From Lingula anatina (Eukaryota > Animalia > Brachiopoda), in contig CM120641.1 in NCBI GenBank assembly GCA_051362555.1, positions 31,812,401 to 31,876,400 on the forward strand: 64,000 nucleotides of DNA, read 5' to 3'. Positions within the stretch are counted from its first letter, which is position 1. Each line of letters starts with the position of its first letter. The translations under genes were made by a program, and so were the position numbers. The notes below the pieces were generated by a model. The model ran no database searches and was not told the DNA's origin. It saw only the letters and a program-made list of their open reading frames with translations. Positions 38,682 to 54,300 of the stretch are shown piece after piece.

Positions 38682-39278
38682 TCCATTAAACCTTAACATC
38701 ACATTTTATAGATATAGTGGTAGATTGTGAAGTAACAAGACAGCAGAAACCAGCACTACATATAATGTCTGTTCTGTTTCTCTCCATAATTCAGCAAAGG
38801 CTTACATTGCACCATAACCAACCACTATTTCACCCCTCTTTACAGTTTTCCTCTCACATAATAATTTAGCTATTCTAGATTTGTTTATCATAAGATAAAT
38901 CCTTGTCCATGTACAGATAATGTAGCAAACAACTTGCCGTTCAAATATACTCTATTTACTGTATAACAATTTTTATACTGATGATGTTTTTCTTTTATTC
39001 AATTTACTCTTTACTATGTAACAAACGTCATAATAAAAAAATTGAGAGTAAAATTGGCAAATATACAGAAAAAAGGTAATATTCATTGTGCCATTTTCAT
39101 ATATACAGACAACGTACTGAAGATTTTTATGTGTGCTTCTAGTTTTTCCACATCCAACAGTTATGAAAAAAGTAGACATAATGATTCACATTTATCTTTC
39201 ACCAGTTGAATATCTCTCAAATCAGTGAAGGCTCCAGCCTTGCTAACAGAGTACAAGTACAATAGTTTGTGGGTGTTC

Positions 39279-39464
39279 TTAGAGTACAGATTTCATCTCC
39301 TTTGAAGTATAGAACAGGAAATATGCAGCTGAACTCTGAAATTGAAAGAAATATGAAATACAATTACAGGAATGCACCAGGGAAACATTTTTGAGTTTGT
39401 CACAGACACTGCTGTGGATCAATAACAAGGCAGCAAAATTGAATTGTCAAATATACAGACAAAA

Positions 39465-39495
<31 letters not shown>

Positions 39496-42400
39496 GATGC
39501 ACAAAATAGCTAACTGTCAACTCTGATGCAAAAATACATTATGATGAACAGAAAAGTCAACATCAAATTTTAATTATGCAAAACAGGTAGAATGGATGTA
39601 AGTAAAATGTGTAAATAACATAAGGCTTTAGGCCCATGAAATTTCAAGTTCATACTTTGAAAATGCCAGAAATACAAACTGAAAATTTCATACATTCAAG
39701 AAAAAATAACCCAATCAAGCTGGTTTTTCAATTGGACCTATATGTGATTCCTATGAACCTTTCTTTTAAATTATAGAATAATAAGTAACAAAGTTTTCCT
39801 TTCATAACATTAGTAGTGGCAGTGCACAAAGTAGGTTTTTTTGACAATTCTGATGCAATATTAGATAATTATAAACAGCATAATCAATACTAATTTGTAA
39901 TTACCTACTATACATAGCACTGACATTTAGAAAATGTAAATAACATTCAGCTTTATGCCTGTTGAAGTTCTTCTAAGTGCTAATAGTTCTAAGTGCAAAG
40001 TTCTAATAGCTTTGAACTAAGCTGTTGATTACCCTAGGAACAATTACAGACTGAACCCCCATTGTAGCCATATGGCACCAAATAAAAGATTTCGTGAAAA
40101 AAGAAAATTTCTTACAGAACTGCACTGCAACCAAACAGAAAGCAAGCACACAGATTTTCCAACACAAGCTGCACTTCAGTGCTATGAATCTTTTCAGTAA
40201 ATAACATGGTTTTCCCTTAATGGTTATCATGAGAGCAGTATCCAAAATAGGGTTTTCTTCAAGTTTAATGCAATATAACATAATATTTGTGTCTGTACAT
40301 AATAAAAATTACCATACTTCTCTTTCTATATTAACCATCATTTTAAACTCAAATCAATCCCAGAATGCAGTACCTTGACAGTATGTGTTATTGATCAACC
40401 ATCACAAGTTTTACGGATAAACTTGGGGCAAATCATTCAGAGACAAAATTTATTATTTTTTTCTCATATTCTCTGTGCCTGCTTACCCCACTTATTATTT
40501 TTTTCTCATATTCTCTGTGCCTGCTTACCCCACTTATTATTTTTTTCTCATATTCTCTGTGCCTGCTTACCCCACTTATTATTTTTTTCTCATATTCTCT
40601 GTGCCTGCTTAACCCACATGCATGGATTGCTAACTTGATGATATAATATGCGGAAGAAGCACCAAATACAATGTGGCTTTGATTGGAGTATACCTTGTTA
40701 TAATTATTTATACTGACTCTGTGGGGGACTCTTCCTAAATGCAATCAGATTAACTGATTAATATGCCTCTCCCTGGCCTTGAGTAGAATAAAGAAAAACT
40801 GGTGTTTATATGAGCATGTTGGAAACAAGAGACGGCGTGTTAATCTTTTAAAGTGATTGCATTCAGCGAAAGTCCCAGCAGAGATGAATTGATCTACATG
40901 GCACAATACTTTCATTGGGAATGAGCCGTAAGATTCCCTGTGATGTTATTAGGAAGCCCTATGCCAAGAGTGTCTGCAGAACATTATATTCCAGATGTAA
41001 AATACTAAGACTGGTCAAACGACAGTAAATAGTGTTTTTTAAAGGTGCTGTAACTATATAATCTGGACAAAGACACTGGAAAAAAATCATACAGGTACAG
41101 TCTGCAATGTTAACCACTGACCTGCCAATGCCAGTAAAAACTGAGATGGTGAAATTTCTGAAAAAACAGTCAGTTACTGGCCAGTGAATTTTTTCAGCTG
41201 TAACATGTACTCCAATTTCTTTATAATCTTGAAGTCATATTTTTGAAAATAAACTTTTGAAAACCCCATGTTTTTGTTCTTATTTGTATTAGGAAGCCTG
41301 TTTAATCTCAATCTGCTTGTTTAAGTATATTTTTTGAAAATGCCAATGACCAGTGCTTGTTCCATTGAATGAATCACATCACTGGTGTGCCACTGGGGGA
41401 ATGTGTGAGGGGATAAACTTGATTAACCACTTAACAGGATATGATCATTTTTGATCTTAAAACAGAGATACTCCATATTAAGACAATTTCTATAATTATT
41501 AAGACCATGTAAGATCATCTGTGATCCGAAGTTGCAGATTCAAACCATTTCAAGCACTAGTGAAAAGAGTAGTAATGAACCCCGAACAGGGGGGTGCTTT
41601 TGTGGCTCTGTTAAAAAATAACAAAGTAAATTATCAACCTTGAAGAATCTGGTGAAATGCAACTTTATCTACTAAAATCCACAGTGCTACAACAAATTTC
41701 CACTTAAATGAATTTGTGAACACAAGCCACGGTAATGTGATATTTAAATATTTTCTTACCTTAACATTTGACTTTGATATCTCATAGACGTCATCATCAT
41801 CAAATTTGTACCACCTCTGATTTAAAGCATTCTTACAAAATGCAGTGTCTGAAATAATAATGTATGCCAAGAGAAATTTAGGTTTATCTTCAGCCAAAGT
41901 ACTTTTTTGGTAAAAATTTGTTGGACTATATAACAGTAAAACTGTGTATGTGTGTGCTTGTGTGTGTGTGTGTGTGCGTTTTTAAGTTTAAAATATTTAA
42001 CTTAAGAGTCACTCCGATAAATCTCCATAAAATCATAAGCCTCAAATGCAATCTAACATTTTTATTTGCTTGCATGGTGAGATGCACTAACAAAAAACTT
42101 TTCTTTACATCAGTTACTTCATTTTGAGTTTTACTTACAATGTCCAGATTCTAAAGTTCCACCATAGTGATTCTGAAAAGGAGACAAAAGCAATGTTGTG
42201 GTATTTCATGCCTCTTATTATTTGTAAAAAAAAAAAAAAAATACAAAATAGAAAAATCAACACCGATTTTTAATTATGCACTATTGTTAATGCGGACACT
42301 AAAAAAACAGGACCTCAGAACCATGGCAATTTAATGTGAAAACATGAATGAGTGAAAATGAGAAATAAAAAAAAAAAAAAAAAAAAAAAAAACTTAAGTC

Positions 42401-45158
42401 TTAAGAGCCATTGTAAAAAATAAAAACTGTAAGTTTCAGAATAATAAGTAACATGATTTTTTTGGCCATATGTAAGTTGGGAAAGAGAAAATATATTGGT
42501 ATTGGTTTGGGATACATCGTTGAGGTGTGCAATAATTTTATAATCCAGGGGAAACTGTGGTAAATCTGTTAAATTTGTGTGAAAATGGCAGTAATTCTCA
42601 TCATTGGACAGTAGTTAGGGAGCCTACAACCAGCCTATGTTGATAATAAATCAAGTCTCTTACCGATACTGCATACAGATTATACTCTGGTCGTCCCTTA
42701 GGTCCAGATATATGGTTATTCATGTCCAGTGCAGTGAGAGGGAAGTCCACATAGATGGTCAGTTTCTGGCCTCTGTATCCAAAATGGAATCTGAAAACAG
42801 AAACAATATCATCTTAAAAATCTTATGATATGTTGATATTCTCTGATTTACTTCAGCCAGTATAACTGTCTTTTGTAGATAACTTAGGAGCATTCTCATC
42901 CTCATGGCAGTCAATGAGTGAAACATGCATAACAAAGTTGATATTAAAATCATGGTAAAAGCATGTCCACTCTAGTGACAATGTAACAGTAACAATGAGC
43001 ACACGAACAATGCGTGGTGCCTCAATATGAAACCAGACAGCTTTTGTGTTTTTACTCTCCAAATACTAAAAAAATCAATTAAGCTAATAAATAGGCCAAA
43101 GATAAGAACTTATTATATCGTATCTTTTATATTAATTATTATTGAACATCACAATAATAAACAAGTTGCCTTTTGATGTACGCCCTGCTATGACCTTTAT
43201 TATAAAATACCACTTTTTATGAGATTACAAAGTGGATCGTATTCTTTGGTTCGATTGCCTCGCTTTCCAAAAATTAGAACAGGCGCTCCAAAATCCATTT
43301 CACCAACTTGTTTATTTCAAATAGCGTACTTTTCGTGCATGCGCAGTCGTTTGAATCCTGTGCTTTAACAATGTTGATACTAAAATCATGGTAAAAACAA
43401 GGAAGCACATCTCCTTAATGGACTAACATGTATGACAAAACTGATAGAAGCAGTGGCATTAAAACAATCTAAAAGTTATGGACAACCAATGAAAAAGTAC
43501 AAAATATGTTCTTTTGATTGAATATAGCATAATGCTTAAGGTTACTGTAAGGGTTTATTATAATCCAGATACTGAAAATGAGTTTTTTCCCAACATGATT
43601 ATTCAATAATGTATCTACCTTTGTGCTGATTTAAAACAATAAAAATCCCCTTGAAACATATTTAAAAATTGGCGTTTAGATTTCTTGTTGCGATGTATAA
43701 GCATAGGCCACTCAAAGCTTTTATTGTCAGTTTGACACCCTTCTATTGAGGTGAGATAGCAATCGGTATGGGGCGCAACTTTATCCCTGAACAATATTTT
43801 GTCATGGAAATTTGTATAGTTGACCACAAGTCCATGGGGTTCAATCCTGTGCTGTCATTTTAATTTTAAATGTTTTTTTATGGAGTAACTAGGCTCTTAT
43901 TACAGATTTTCATTAAACAAAGGCATTATTTTGCTTGGTCAATGATTTTAATTAAATTTAAAAATCTGAACTAAGGCTTTTAAGAAAAATCATTGACAGA
44001 ATTTTTGGAGTACTAAAATGGTATAAAATTGGTGCTGAAACAGATTTTTCCATTTTTACAAAATCGGAATAATGATATCACATGTAAGATGACATGCGTG
44101 TAAATTTCAATTAATTTATTCACTGAACATATTTATCTGTTATCCAAAAGAATGTATGTAAGGCAGTGAAAAAGGAATTTTTGGCAAACACTATCCTAAA
44201 AGGCATAATAAACAAGAATTTTTAATTTTGTACTGCTGCATGTTACTGTGGACATTCAGAAAATGAAACTAGCATAGGGGTTCAGATTCATGGAAATTCA
44301 GCATAAAACCTGGAAAATGATGATGTACAAGTTGGTAAATCTTCACAAAAAAGATAAACTAAGTTTTTAAGCCAATTTTTTCTCCATTTTGAAATAAGAT
44401 CAATGGTTATAGTCCAATAAAATAAAATGCTGCACCAGTTTTACAGCAATAGAGATATATGGCTAATATTTCAGACCAGTAATAACTTTATTTAAGTGGA
44501 CAGTATGGATATCTTTAACTTAAGTAGAATATATACAATATTATGTTTAAAAGTTTAGACTAACTCTGGGGCTATAGTTCTTTTACGTAACCGTCCCCAA
44601 CACTATAGTATCTTGAAGTTTGAGATCACACTAATTACCACATAAGTGTAATTAAATGCAAAGCTGCAATAATAATTGTGGATCCATGATGAGGTACATG
44701 TACCAGTAATCGAAGTAAGCAAGCACCTGAAAACAGCTGACTATTATTTTAATAATTTTTTTCTCTACACCCTAACACAAGGAAGATACAAGCTATTACT
44801 TTTCACAGCATATATCTTCATATGAAGAAGATTAAGCTCCTGCTCAGAGTTTTGTGTGTTCAGAACATAAAAACAAGATGTCAACTAATGATACAGCCTT
44901 GGCTCATTACCAGACCAACAATACCTGTTAAAATGTATGATGAGAAGATGGGGCAGCTTCCACAAGTCAAGCTTCTTGACTGCATCTCTGTCCTTCTTAC
45001 ACTGAGAACACTTCCACTGGATCTTCTCCTCCTTCTGATATAGCCTCAGACAATCCTGGGTAGAACAAAGCTACTGACAAAATGTCCAATGTATCAGCCT
45101 GTTTTTATATGAAATATGATCTAACAGTACGAATGTTAAGTGCATTTCCCTTACATAT

Positions 45159-45207
<49 letters not shown>

Positions 45208-46519
45208 CCTGCAGTGTACATCTGTTGCTTGATGGCAAGGGCAAGGTCAGGTACATGAAGGTGTCAAATGTCACTGACTGCTTCCTACAGGTCAGACATG
45301 TTAGGGTGGACTTATACTGACCCTACAATATTACAGTGAAACAGTAACATACAACACAAAAATGTCTGTTTTGTACACCATATTGTTAAATGTCTGGATT
45401 ATGAATTGGTAGAGAAATTTCACAAGTTTGTCCCTTATGCTGCATATATAACTCATCTCTAGTAAGCCATGTGTGTGTGTGAGCATGTGTATGTATTTAA
45501 CTTACTTAACAGAAATATACTAAAGGGTCTTAAAGAATGTCTTATAGAAAGTTAGCCCAAATCCTATAGGGTCCTATTACAGATATGTCCTAGACAGGTT
45601 TCATATAGGATATCCAACAGAATTTCAAAATAGTCCCATGAAGTCCTGTAGGATTATCATCGAGTCCCACAGAGGCCTATAGGCTATTGGAAATTTTTGT
45701 AAGGGTTGTCACAACCTTGTGTATTACGTATATTTGAGACTCACCTGAAACAGTTCCACAATATAGGACTTATTTGCCATCTTGTGTGCCTTCCACGCTT
45801 CCTCTGCCAGGATTCTGTGGTCTCTCACTTGGTCACTGTCCAGTTCCAACATCTTAGGACGAACTGTCACCTGCACACAGAAGTAAACTGTCACAGTTTG
45901 ATCATTATGTACTGTTTAGAGTAGATCGCATAGAGGTTTCTTTTGCTATTTATTATAACAATCAATTTACCAGTTCCTTTGATGCCACATCAATTGGTTA
46001 CTGTTTCTTGTGTTAAAACAAATCATAATGTAATGATATCATATCCTGAAAGAGTTTGAGATTTCAAGAACCAGCTTTAAATAACATATACAGATATGAG
46101 CCTAGGTTAAAAATGAACATTTATCATGGGACCCAACATCTAACCGGCAGGAGGTTGGGGGGGGGGGGGGGGGGGCGCGCCTTAGAATGAATTAAAAAAC
46201 GCCTGATTCCGCATTTCCGAGGATAAAGCTCATGCCTGCATATAAGGCATCATGAATGATATCATTAAGTATTCCTAAGAATATCCTAAGCTTGCTGCAG
46301 TTCCTTCCGCAAAATATTTGGAATCTTTCCTAAAATAACCAATTAATTTTATAATACCTTTGAAGCACTTTTATAGATAATCTGGCCAAAAAAAAATTGG
46401 AAAAAACTTTTTCATCTTTTAAACAAAATTAAAATTATTTAAGCATATGTCAAAATTTAATTTGCCAAAATGAGTGTTCATTTTAAATGAAATATAAGCC
46501 ATAAACACTTCATTAAAAC

Positions 46520-46560
<41 letters not shown>

Positions 46561-48233
46561 CTCATTTAGATCTTCATGCAGAGCATCCAGTAGAAACATG
46601 AGGAATTCCTGGGAATCCTGCTGGTCAAAACCAGAAAAAGTGCTGTTAAATCTGCCCATCACTCCCTGAAATAGAAAATATAAAGTATTTGGTAGAAACA
46701 TGATTTCCTGGGGAGCCTGCTGTTGACCAAAATAAGAAAACATGCAGCTGAATTAGACCATCACTTCCTGAAAAAAAAATCAAATTCACAGCATTTACTA
46801 ATATTTTAGAAATAATCCCGATGTGATTTTCTGTTACATAAACCACCAGTCTGAGACATCCGACTAGTAGATTTGATGTAGAACTTGCAAAATATTTGGG
46901 ATTTTGGAAGCTTATTGTCTAATCAAACTTATGGAAATGTTGATTTAAGTTGAAAAGCACTACCTTAAAATCTCTTGGAGCCACAAACTTGTACTGTCCA
47001 GACCAAAGCACAGTGATGAGGAGAGCAAACTCATCTGCCACCACACCTTTTCGCCCTAGTTTGTTTTCCCTGCAGATGAAATTGAAACATTAACAATAAT
47101 TATGAACTGATGCTCATATTGTAAAATGCTGACAAAAAGTCATTCAATATATAATTCTACATAAAACTATCCAGCAAAGATGGCAAATAAAGAGAGGCAA
47201 AAAAGGGGTTAAAAATAATATTTACAATAACAAAAATAATTATAAATCAGCAACTTTCATAAAATATTCCAATCATGCTAATTTCCAAAAGACTTTGCTT
47301 TAGCAAAAAAAGTCACACAGAAAATTTAAAATGAAACAAAATACATGCAAAGAAAAAAAAATCAAAATCCACTCAGTTAATTGGAAGTAAAACAAAAATA
47401 CTGTTTGGCACTTATGTGGCAATATCAAACAAGGCAGCAAAGTTGTCAAATGTACAGAAACAAAGCAGAAAAATAATTATGCTAGTGCACAATGTAGTTT
47501 TTGTCAATTTCCATGCAATATTACAAAATGATTAACAACATAATCATATTCTAAGTTCTAATTATGTACTATAGGTATCAAGGACATTCAAAAATTATCA
47601 CTAGTGTAGGGCCTCAACTCCATTGTGTTTCAAAGCCACACATTGAAAATGCAAATATCAGAAAAATGAAAAAATCACAAAAAAAAAGCAAGAAAAATAA
47701 TACAATAAAGCTGCTATTTGAACTTGACTTGTATTTAAGTGGCATAAATCACACAAGTAAGTTGAGGATAATACATCACATGGACTTCCATAAATTGCAT
47801 TAATGCTTAAAAAGTGCACTGCAACTATACAGATGCCATCGATGCCTATGTCAGATGCAATTGATAACTATAAGTTCAGACACATGGTGTCAACACAAAA
47901 CCTCTAACTCTCAAAAAATAAGGTCATCATGACAATTTTCTGAAAAACTGCAATTTTACCAAGCAAAGCCACTCAGAAAATTTCAATTAAAATGGAAAAA
48001 TGGTTTGGCAGTTATAGGGTGAAGAACAGATGTGGCATTGACAGCAAAGGCATGGACAGAAACTGATCACAGCACAGACTGTGCAATCTTTACCCATGTG
48101 CCAGGACAATATCATGAAGTAGTTGGGGTGAAATACCATCACAACGTCATGAAAAACTCCTGAATTATTTCAGTTTGAGTTGTTGTTCAATCCATCTCAC
48201 TCACCCACCCACCCACCCACCCACCCACCCGCA

Positions 48234-48325
<92 letters not shown>

Positions 48326-51300
48326 TTTGAACATACTAGGGTTTACAGCAATTTAACCAAGCTCTCACCTGTTAATATGGTTCCTGTAGATAGAATCTAA
48401 GAAGTACTTGGCAAGCAGCGGTGTATTGCTTAGACACTGGATTGTTGAGTTCATGTAACAAGTGTTTCCAAGATTACGTAGTCCAGTCAAACCTCTGCCC
48501 TGAAGATATTAAGAGGCATTTGTGATATGTGGTTTAAAAATAACATATACAATTTGCTTTGATTTTATTTTGAGGTGGGTGTCTTACATTTTTTTTACAA
48601 GTGAGAAGGGTTTCTTGGGCACAAAAAATTGACCTCTGGAAGTATTTGGCCATGTATAAACCCATGCTGAGTTTTGTTTAAACTTATGTCAACAATGACG
48701 TTCACCATTGACATGAATAACTGATACAGTACTATATAAACCTGGGCTCATGCTGACATAGTCATTTTAGACAAATGTTAAACATATATAAAGTAGCTTT
48801 TTCTATCAGATGTATAGTTCATACATGCAGCTAGCCATTTGACTAACTGATATTCTATCCTAGAAAGGGAAAAGCAAACACTGTACATATAACAGTGTTA
48901 GACAAGGCAACAACTATTTAATCTAAGAGGTGTATCTGGAGTGGTTCTGACAAGTGAAAGGAATGACTAACAATAGAATTACGTACCACACTGCCATATA
49001 CAGGCTGGAACCCTCTCAATCTAGCTGCAGTGATCTCAGTCAACACTGGCTTCACATTCTCATCTCGTAACTGTGGGGTACTGAACCTACAATTAAAAAT
49101 TCAAAGTCATGAAATGAAAGAAATATTTCAAGGAAAAATAAACCAGCAGATGCAAATAAACCTATCATTTGGCTGTAAATGTTTAAACAAGGCAGCAAAG
49201 CTGTCAAATGTACAGACAAAAAGCAGAAAAATGATGCACAAAATAGCTATCAATTCTGATGCAAAAACACATGATTAACAGAAAAGTCATCATCAAATTT
49301 TAATTATGCAAAACAGGTAGTCGAATGGATGTAAGTAAAATGTGTAACTAACATAAGGCTTCAGGCCCATGAAAGTTCCAAATTCATTCTTAGAAAATGA
49401 TGGAAATAGAAAATAAAAATTTCAAACATTCAAGAAAAAATTATAATCCAATCAAGCTGATTTTCCATTTTGACCTGTATGTCAATCCTATGAACACAGT
49501 TTTCCTTTCATAACATTAGTGGTAGCAGTGCACAAAGTAGCAGGGCTCAACACAAACGGTTGTCCGCTTGCCCGGGGCAACTAAAATCTGCCATCGGACA
49601 AGTAAATTTTATGTCCAGTTGCCCGGCGGGCAAGTGAATGTTTTTCCTTTTGTTAGTACAATGTTAGATCTGATGTTAAAAGATTGAAGCATTACACGTT
49701 TTTCCCTTTTTGCACAATAACGTCACAAACTGTAACATACGTCAATGCCAGATTTCTAAAAATAACTGGCAGTCACTATCTCCGTCGGCAGTGCCTCGTT
49801 TTCAGAGTGCTGTCATATTCTATACTTTGAAGTATTTAGTCAAACTAAAACGAGGCAAGTTGTTCTTGGAAAAATGTAGCCACGTGATTAAAGTTAAGAA
49901 GGCACTCTCTCACATTTATTTGGCACTTTTTGTATTGGTTGGGAAATATTTAGAAGCATATAATTTCCAAGCTTTAACCACGAAAGAAGTGGAAAATAAG
50001 CAGTCGCACTGTTGCTAAGTGAGAGTTTGCAGGGACCAGCTTGCGGTGGTTTTGACCGGTTAGCAGACAGCTGAACTGCATGCTTCTGTAACTGATAGAG
50101 ATTTCCCGGACTTGAAATGCTTATAATTTATATATTAAGCAACAATTTCAGAGAGAAACAGGAGGAAGAGTAAGCTTCCTTAAAGTATGGACATTTTAAT
50201 TGATGAAGTTGGATAAATATGTTAACTTTTTGAACCAACCTAATAAAAGCAGTGTACTACACAAATACTTGTTTGAGGGAGCCAGTGAGCACTTGTCAGT
50301 ATCCAGACAGTGTGGCACCGATCGTGGTCTGTCACAAGCATATCAGAGCGCTTTGTTGACCTAGTTTTTTTGACACTGTAATGAATGTGGAAGTCTGTCT
50401 AGGAGTATGTTTTGATCTCCTCCACATTTTAAATCATTGGCTTTACTGTTTATTCACTGAAAAAAAGGTAAATGAACTATGTTGATACCACAGATTTCTT
50501 AGTTAAAATGCCACCAATTCAATACTTGGCTTCAAAAATTTCAATTCTAAGTAGCCATGGAGAAGGGGGATCCTCATTCTAGCAATTGTAGGCGCTAAGT
50601 ATGCAATTCTTTATTAATGAATTTTTTTATCATGCTTAGCTTAACTTCATTTACTCCTCAAGACATATGAAACAAGACAATTATGTCACTGTGCCACATA
50701 AAATGTTGAAAAATAGCCTAAAATGCACCAAAGTGCACCTTGATTGAGTGCAGAAAAGTGCTATGAAGTAATCAGTGGCATTTTAGATTTTACTATCAAA
50801 TTATCATTTGTGTTATTTGGTGTTGTCAAGGCAATCCTATAATATATTAAAGTGAATTATATTAAGATTAATTTTTGAAGTTTCAAAGTACTGTTTCTTT
50901 TCTATTGATTTTATCAGCTGTTCTGCAGAAATAAAGAAATGTTTTATTTTTATAAATATAAAAAAAAAAAGAAGTTGGAGATAGTGACCGACCTATCTAT
51001 ACTTGATGAGTAAATGTAAAAGAGTTGGTTCTTGTAAGAGCATATATTTTATAAGTAACAATGTTATGTCTATCAGTCACCATCCTGAGGAGTGTGGGCA
51101 TTGCAACATTTATGCACTTGTATTCTTATAGATATCCTAATTTTATGCTACATCATAGTGGAGGTGTGCCTTCTTTCTTTTGTTTAGAATCTGTGACAAA
51201 TTTGAAATTTTAGTGATGTGCATTACAAAATGTGACATTCCATCAATCAACCTGCTCATGGAGAAAATAACTCAAAGATGACAAAATTGACACAATTAAT

Positions 51301-54300
51301 TTTTTATAAATCAAAAAAATTTAATGCTTCAAATGAAAAAAACTGCATATCGAGTGGTTTAAAATTTTTCACTAATAATGGGCAAGTTGAGGCAGAGGAA
51401 GGGCAAGTAAAAATATCTGGCAGGTTGCCCTGGGGCAACCTGGTTAAAAAATTTATGTTGAGCCCTGAGTAGGTTTTTTGACAATTTTGATGCAATATTA
51501 CATAATGATTAACTGCACAATCAACACCAATTTTTAATTATGTACTATACATAACATGAATCTTTTCAGTAGGTTTGAGAATCATAAGTGACATGATTTT
51601 CCCTTAATGGGCATCATGGCGGCAGTATCCAAAATAGTGTTTTTGCCTCATTTGGTGCAATAATACATAATGCTTAACAGCACAATGACCATCAATTTTT
51701 AATAATAAAATAAAAGTAGCTTGGATATTCAGAAAATGTGACTAGCAGAAGCCTTCAAGCCCATGGAAGCTCAAAGTTACACCTTGAAAATGACAATGTG
51801 AAAAATTTAATTTCACACACACATACACACACACACACACACACATACACACACAAAACCTATATAACTTCCACAAAAAAAACCCAATAAGACAGGTTTT
51901 CCAGCTGAAGCTGTATTTTAGTCCTATGTTACTTTCCTGTAAGTTTGAGAAGAGGAAGTTACTTGGTTTTCCTAAATGGTCATTATGGAGGCAGTGCAGA
52001 AAACAGGATTTTCTTCAATTTTGATTCAATATTACATAATGCTTAACAGCATCAAGACCATCGGTTAAAAAAAAAAAAGGGAAAAAAAAGCATAACTTTT
52101 CTAAAAATGGTCTGATCAAGCTCATTTTCGAAATGGACCTGTATTTTAGTAAGATTGTCCATTCCTGTAAATTTCAAGACAAAAGGCCTATCTGTTTTTA
52201 TGAAATGTGTTATCAGTGTTGCATATATGCTCAAAAAAGAGAAAAAAAAGCATAACTCTAAAAAAAATGGCCTGATCATCCTGATTTTCGAATTTGACCT
52301 ACGTTTTATGAATATTCATCAGTTCCATAAGTTTCAAGCCAAAAGGTAAAATGTTTTTTTCCACTTATTGTGTTATCGGTGAAAGTGCAAGGCGACGACA
52401 GCGATGGCAACGACAGACGCAGATGATGGCTATAAGTACAGACACATCTGTGTCTGTATATAAAAATACAAGTGATAACTTGATCATGCCCATTTGCAAA
52501 CTTGATCTGTACTTCAGACCCACAAGTAAGTTTCATCTAAAATGGAATTACCACTTGATGATTAAGTGTCCCCAAAGCTAATGTCACAGACATATTAAAT
52601 GATAAAAATACACATATACACATTATTAATAATCATAACTTATTAACATGAAATTATTGTAACCAGAATATATTTTAGCCTCTGCTTGCTTTTTAGACCA
52701 AAAAGTAAAACCATGGACTTCAAGTTTAAATCAGTTTTGATTTTGAGTCACTGTGCTAATAATTCAGCAATAAGGGTGGATTGAGCACCTCCTGCATGGT
52801 CCCGTTCCAGTTCAGTAAGGGACTGATGCAAGTGATAACAATATGTTCAGATCCTTTTGTGTCTGTGTAAAAAAGTTAAATTTTTATAATATCTTATATC
52901 TAAAAAGTCAATTAATTGAGTTGCATTCTGTAAAATGCTAAGTTCTACTGGTTTCTGTGTGCTATCAGAAATAGTCATCATCTTATTCAAATCAATGTTA
53001 AAACTGTTTCCATAACTATATGTTAAAAGATTACATAACCTTTTGGTTGAAAAATTACAGAAAAAATATTAAATTTCAATCAATCTGATGTACCTAGCAG
53101 CTGGCTTAGTTGTGCGGTCTATAGATGGAAATAGTTTAGTTCCCTTAAAGTCATCATCATCTCCAAGTTTTGTCAAGTTTGGAGAGGAGTTTGTCCTTTT
53201 CAGGTTTGTCTTCGGTTTGGAGGGTTCATCTTGTAGCTGCATGAAGTACCTTCCACTGGCAGATGGTGAAACTGGAGGAAAAAGAAATCATTGAACATTT
53301 TGCAATGCTACATTGTGATAAAAAAATTATCATAAAGATATACAGACATAAGAGAGGTTTCAAAAATAACAAAATAAAAAGAATGAAGCATCAACCCAAA
53401 ACAACACCATCACTTTAAGCTCATCATATCCTATTTTTTTTGGGTAGTTAAGCATTCCATCTTATTATAATTTTGAAAAATATCTAACATAATATAAAGT
53501 GTAAATTGAGCTTATATACATAAAACACGTCTGAAGCTTGTTATCCAATGCTTTTTATGGGTAAATGGAGACATGTTTGTTAATTTGATTGCCTTCATCA
53601 ATGGCTTATTTTTTGTGCCCCTGACAGAAATTTCCTATGGGGTCTATAGGAAATTACCACAAATCCTATATATTTTATAGGACTTCCTATAGGACACTAT
53701 AAAAATTTGGTTTGAAATCCTATGGGGTCCTTTGGATAAAAATTCTGTAAGACATTCGATAAAATTCACATTAATTCCCATAGAGTCCTGTAGGGCATTT
53801 TAGTAAGGGTGAAAATGAAAAATTTAAATTGTACGTTGACCATTTTTTTTCCACCCACCCCTGAAGTGTATTTGTACTTTACTGAGGAATTGATCAAGTT
53901 TTTTTGTACCTTATATTCATACTTCAAATTCGTCATTTGAGAAAATTTCCTCTCAAATAAAGAAATTACTGTGGACATTCATAATCAGAAAAATGAAATG
54001 ATTATGATTGGAACAACTTTTGAAATTCCTTAAAATTTTTAAATTGAAAACAAAAGCATTGTATTCTCTTCTGATGATTTTATGACTGAATTGCCTTGTT
54101 TTTCAAACAAAACCTCAAATGAAAAAATAAGCACACTGTCAGAGCTACAACAATGAAACAGCTTGCCACAACAGACACACTCCTTACCCTGTGGTTGTGT
54201 TTGAAAGGACCAATGGGTTGTCCCTGTGTTGTGGTCAATATAGAATGTCCTTCCAGTCCTCACATCCACTTTAGCCTCCCAACCCCTTGGCAGAGAAGTG

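Noticed and set aside
40433-40744. ORF containing ASSAYYII, resembling an alternative USP8 last exon
   Set aside because: No AG acceptor directly precedes the motif, and the rest of the ORF is the 42-bp tandem repeat.
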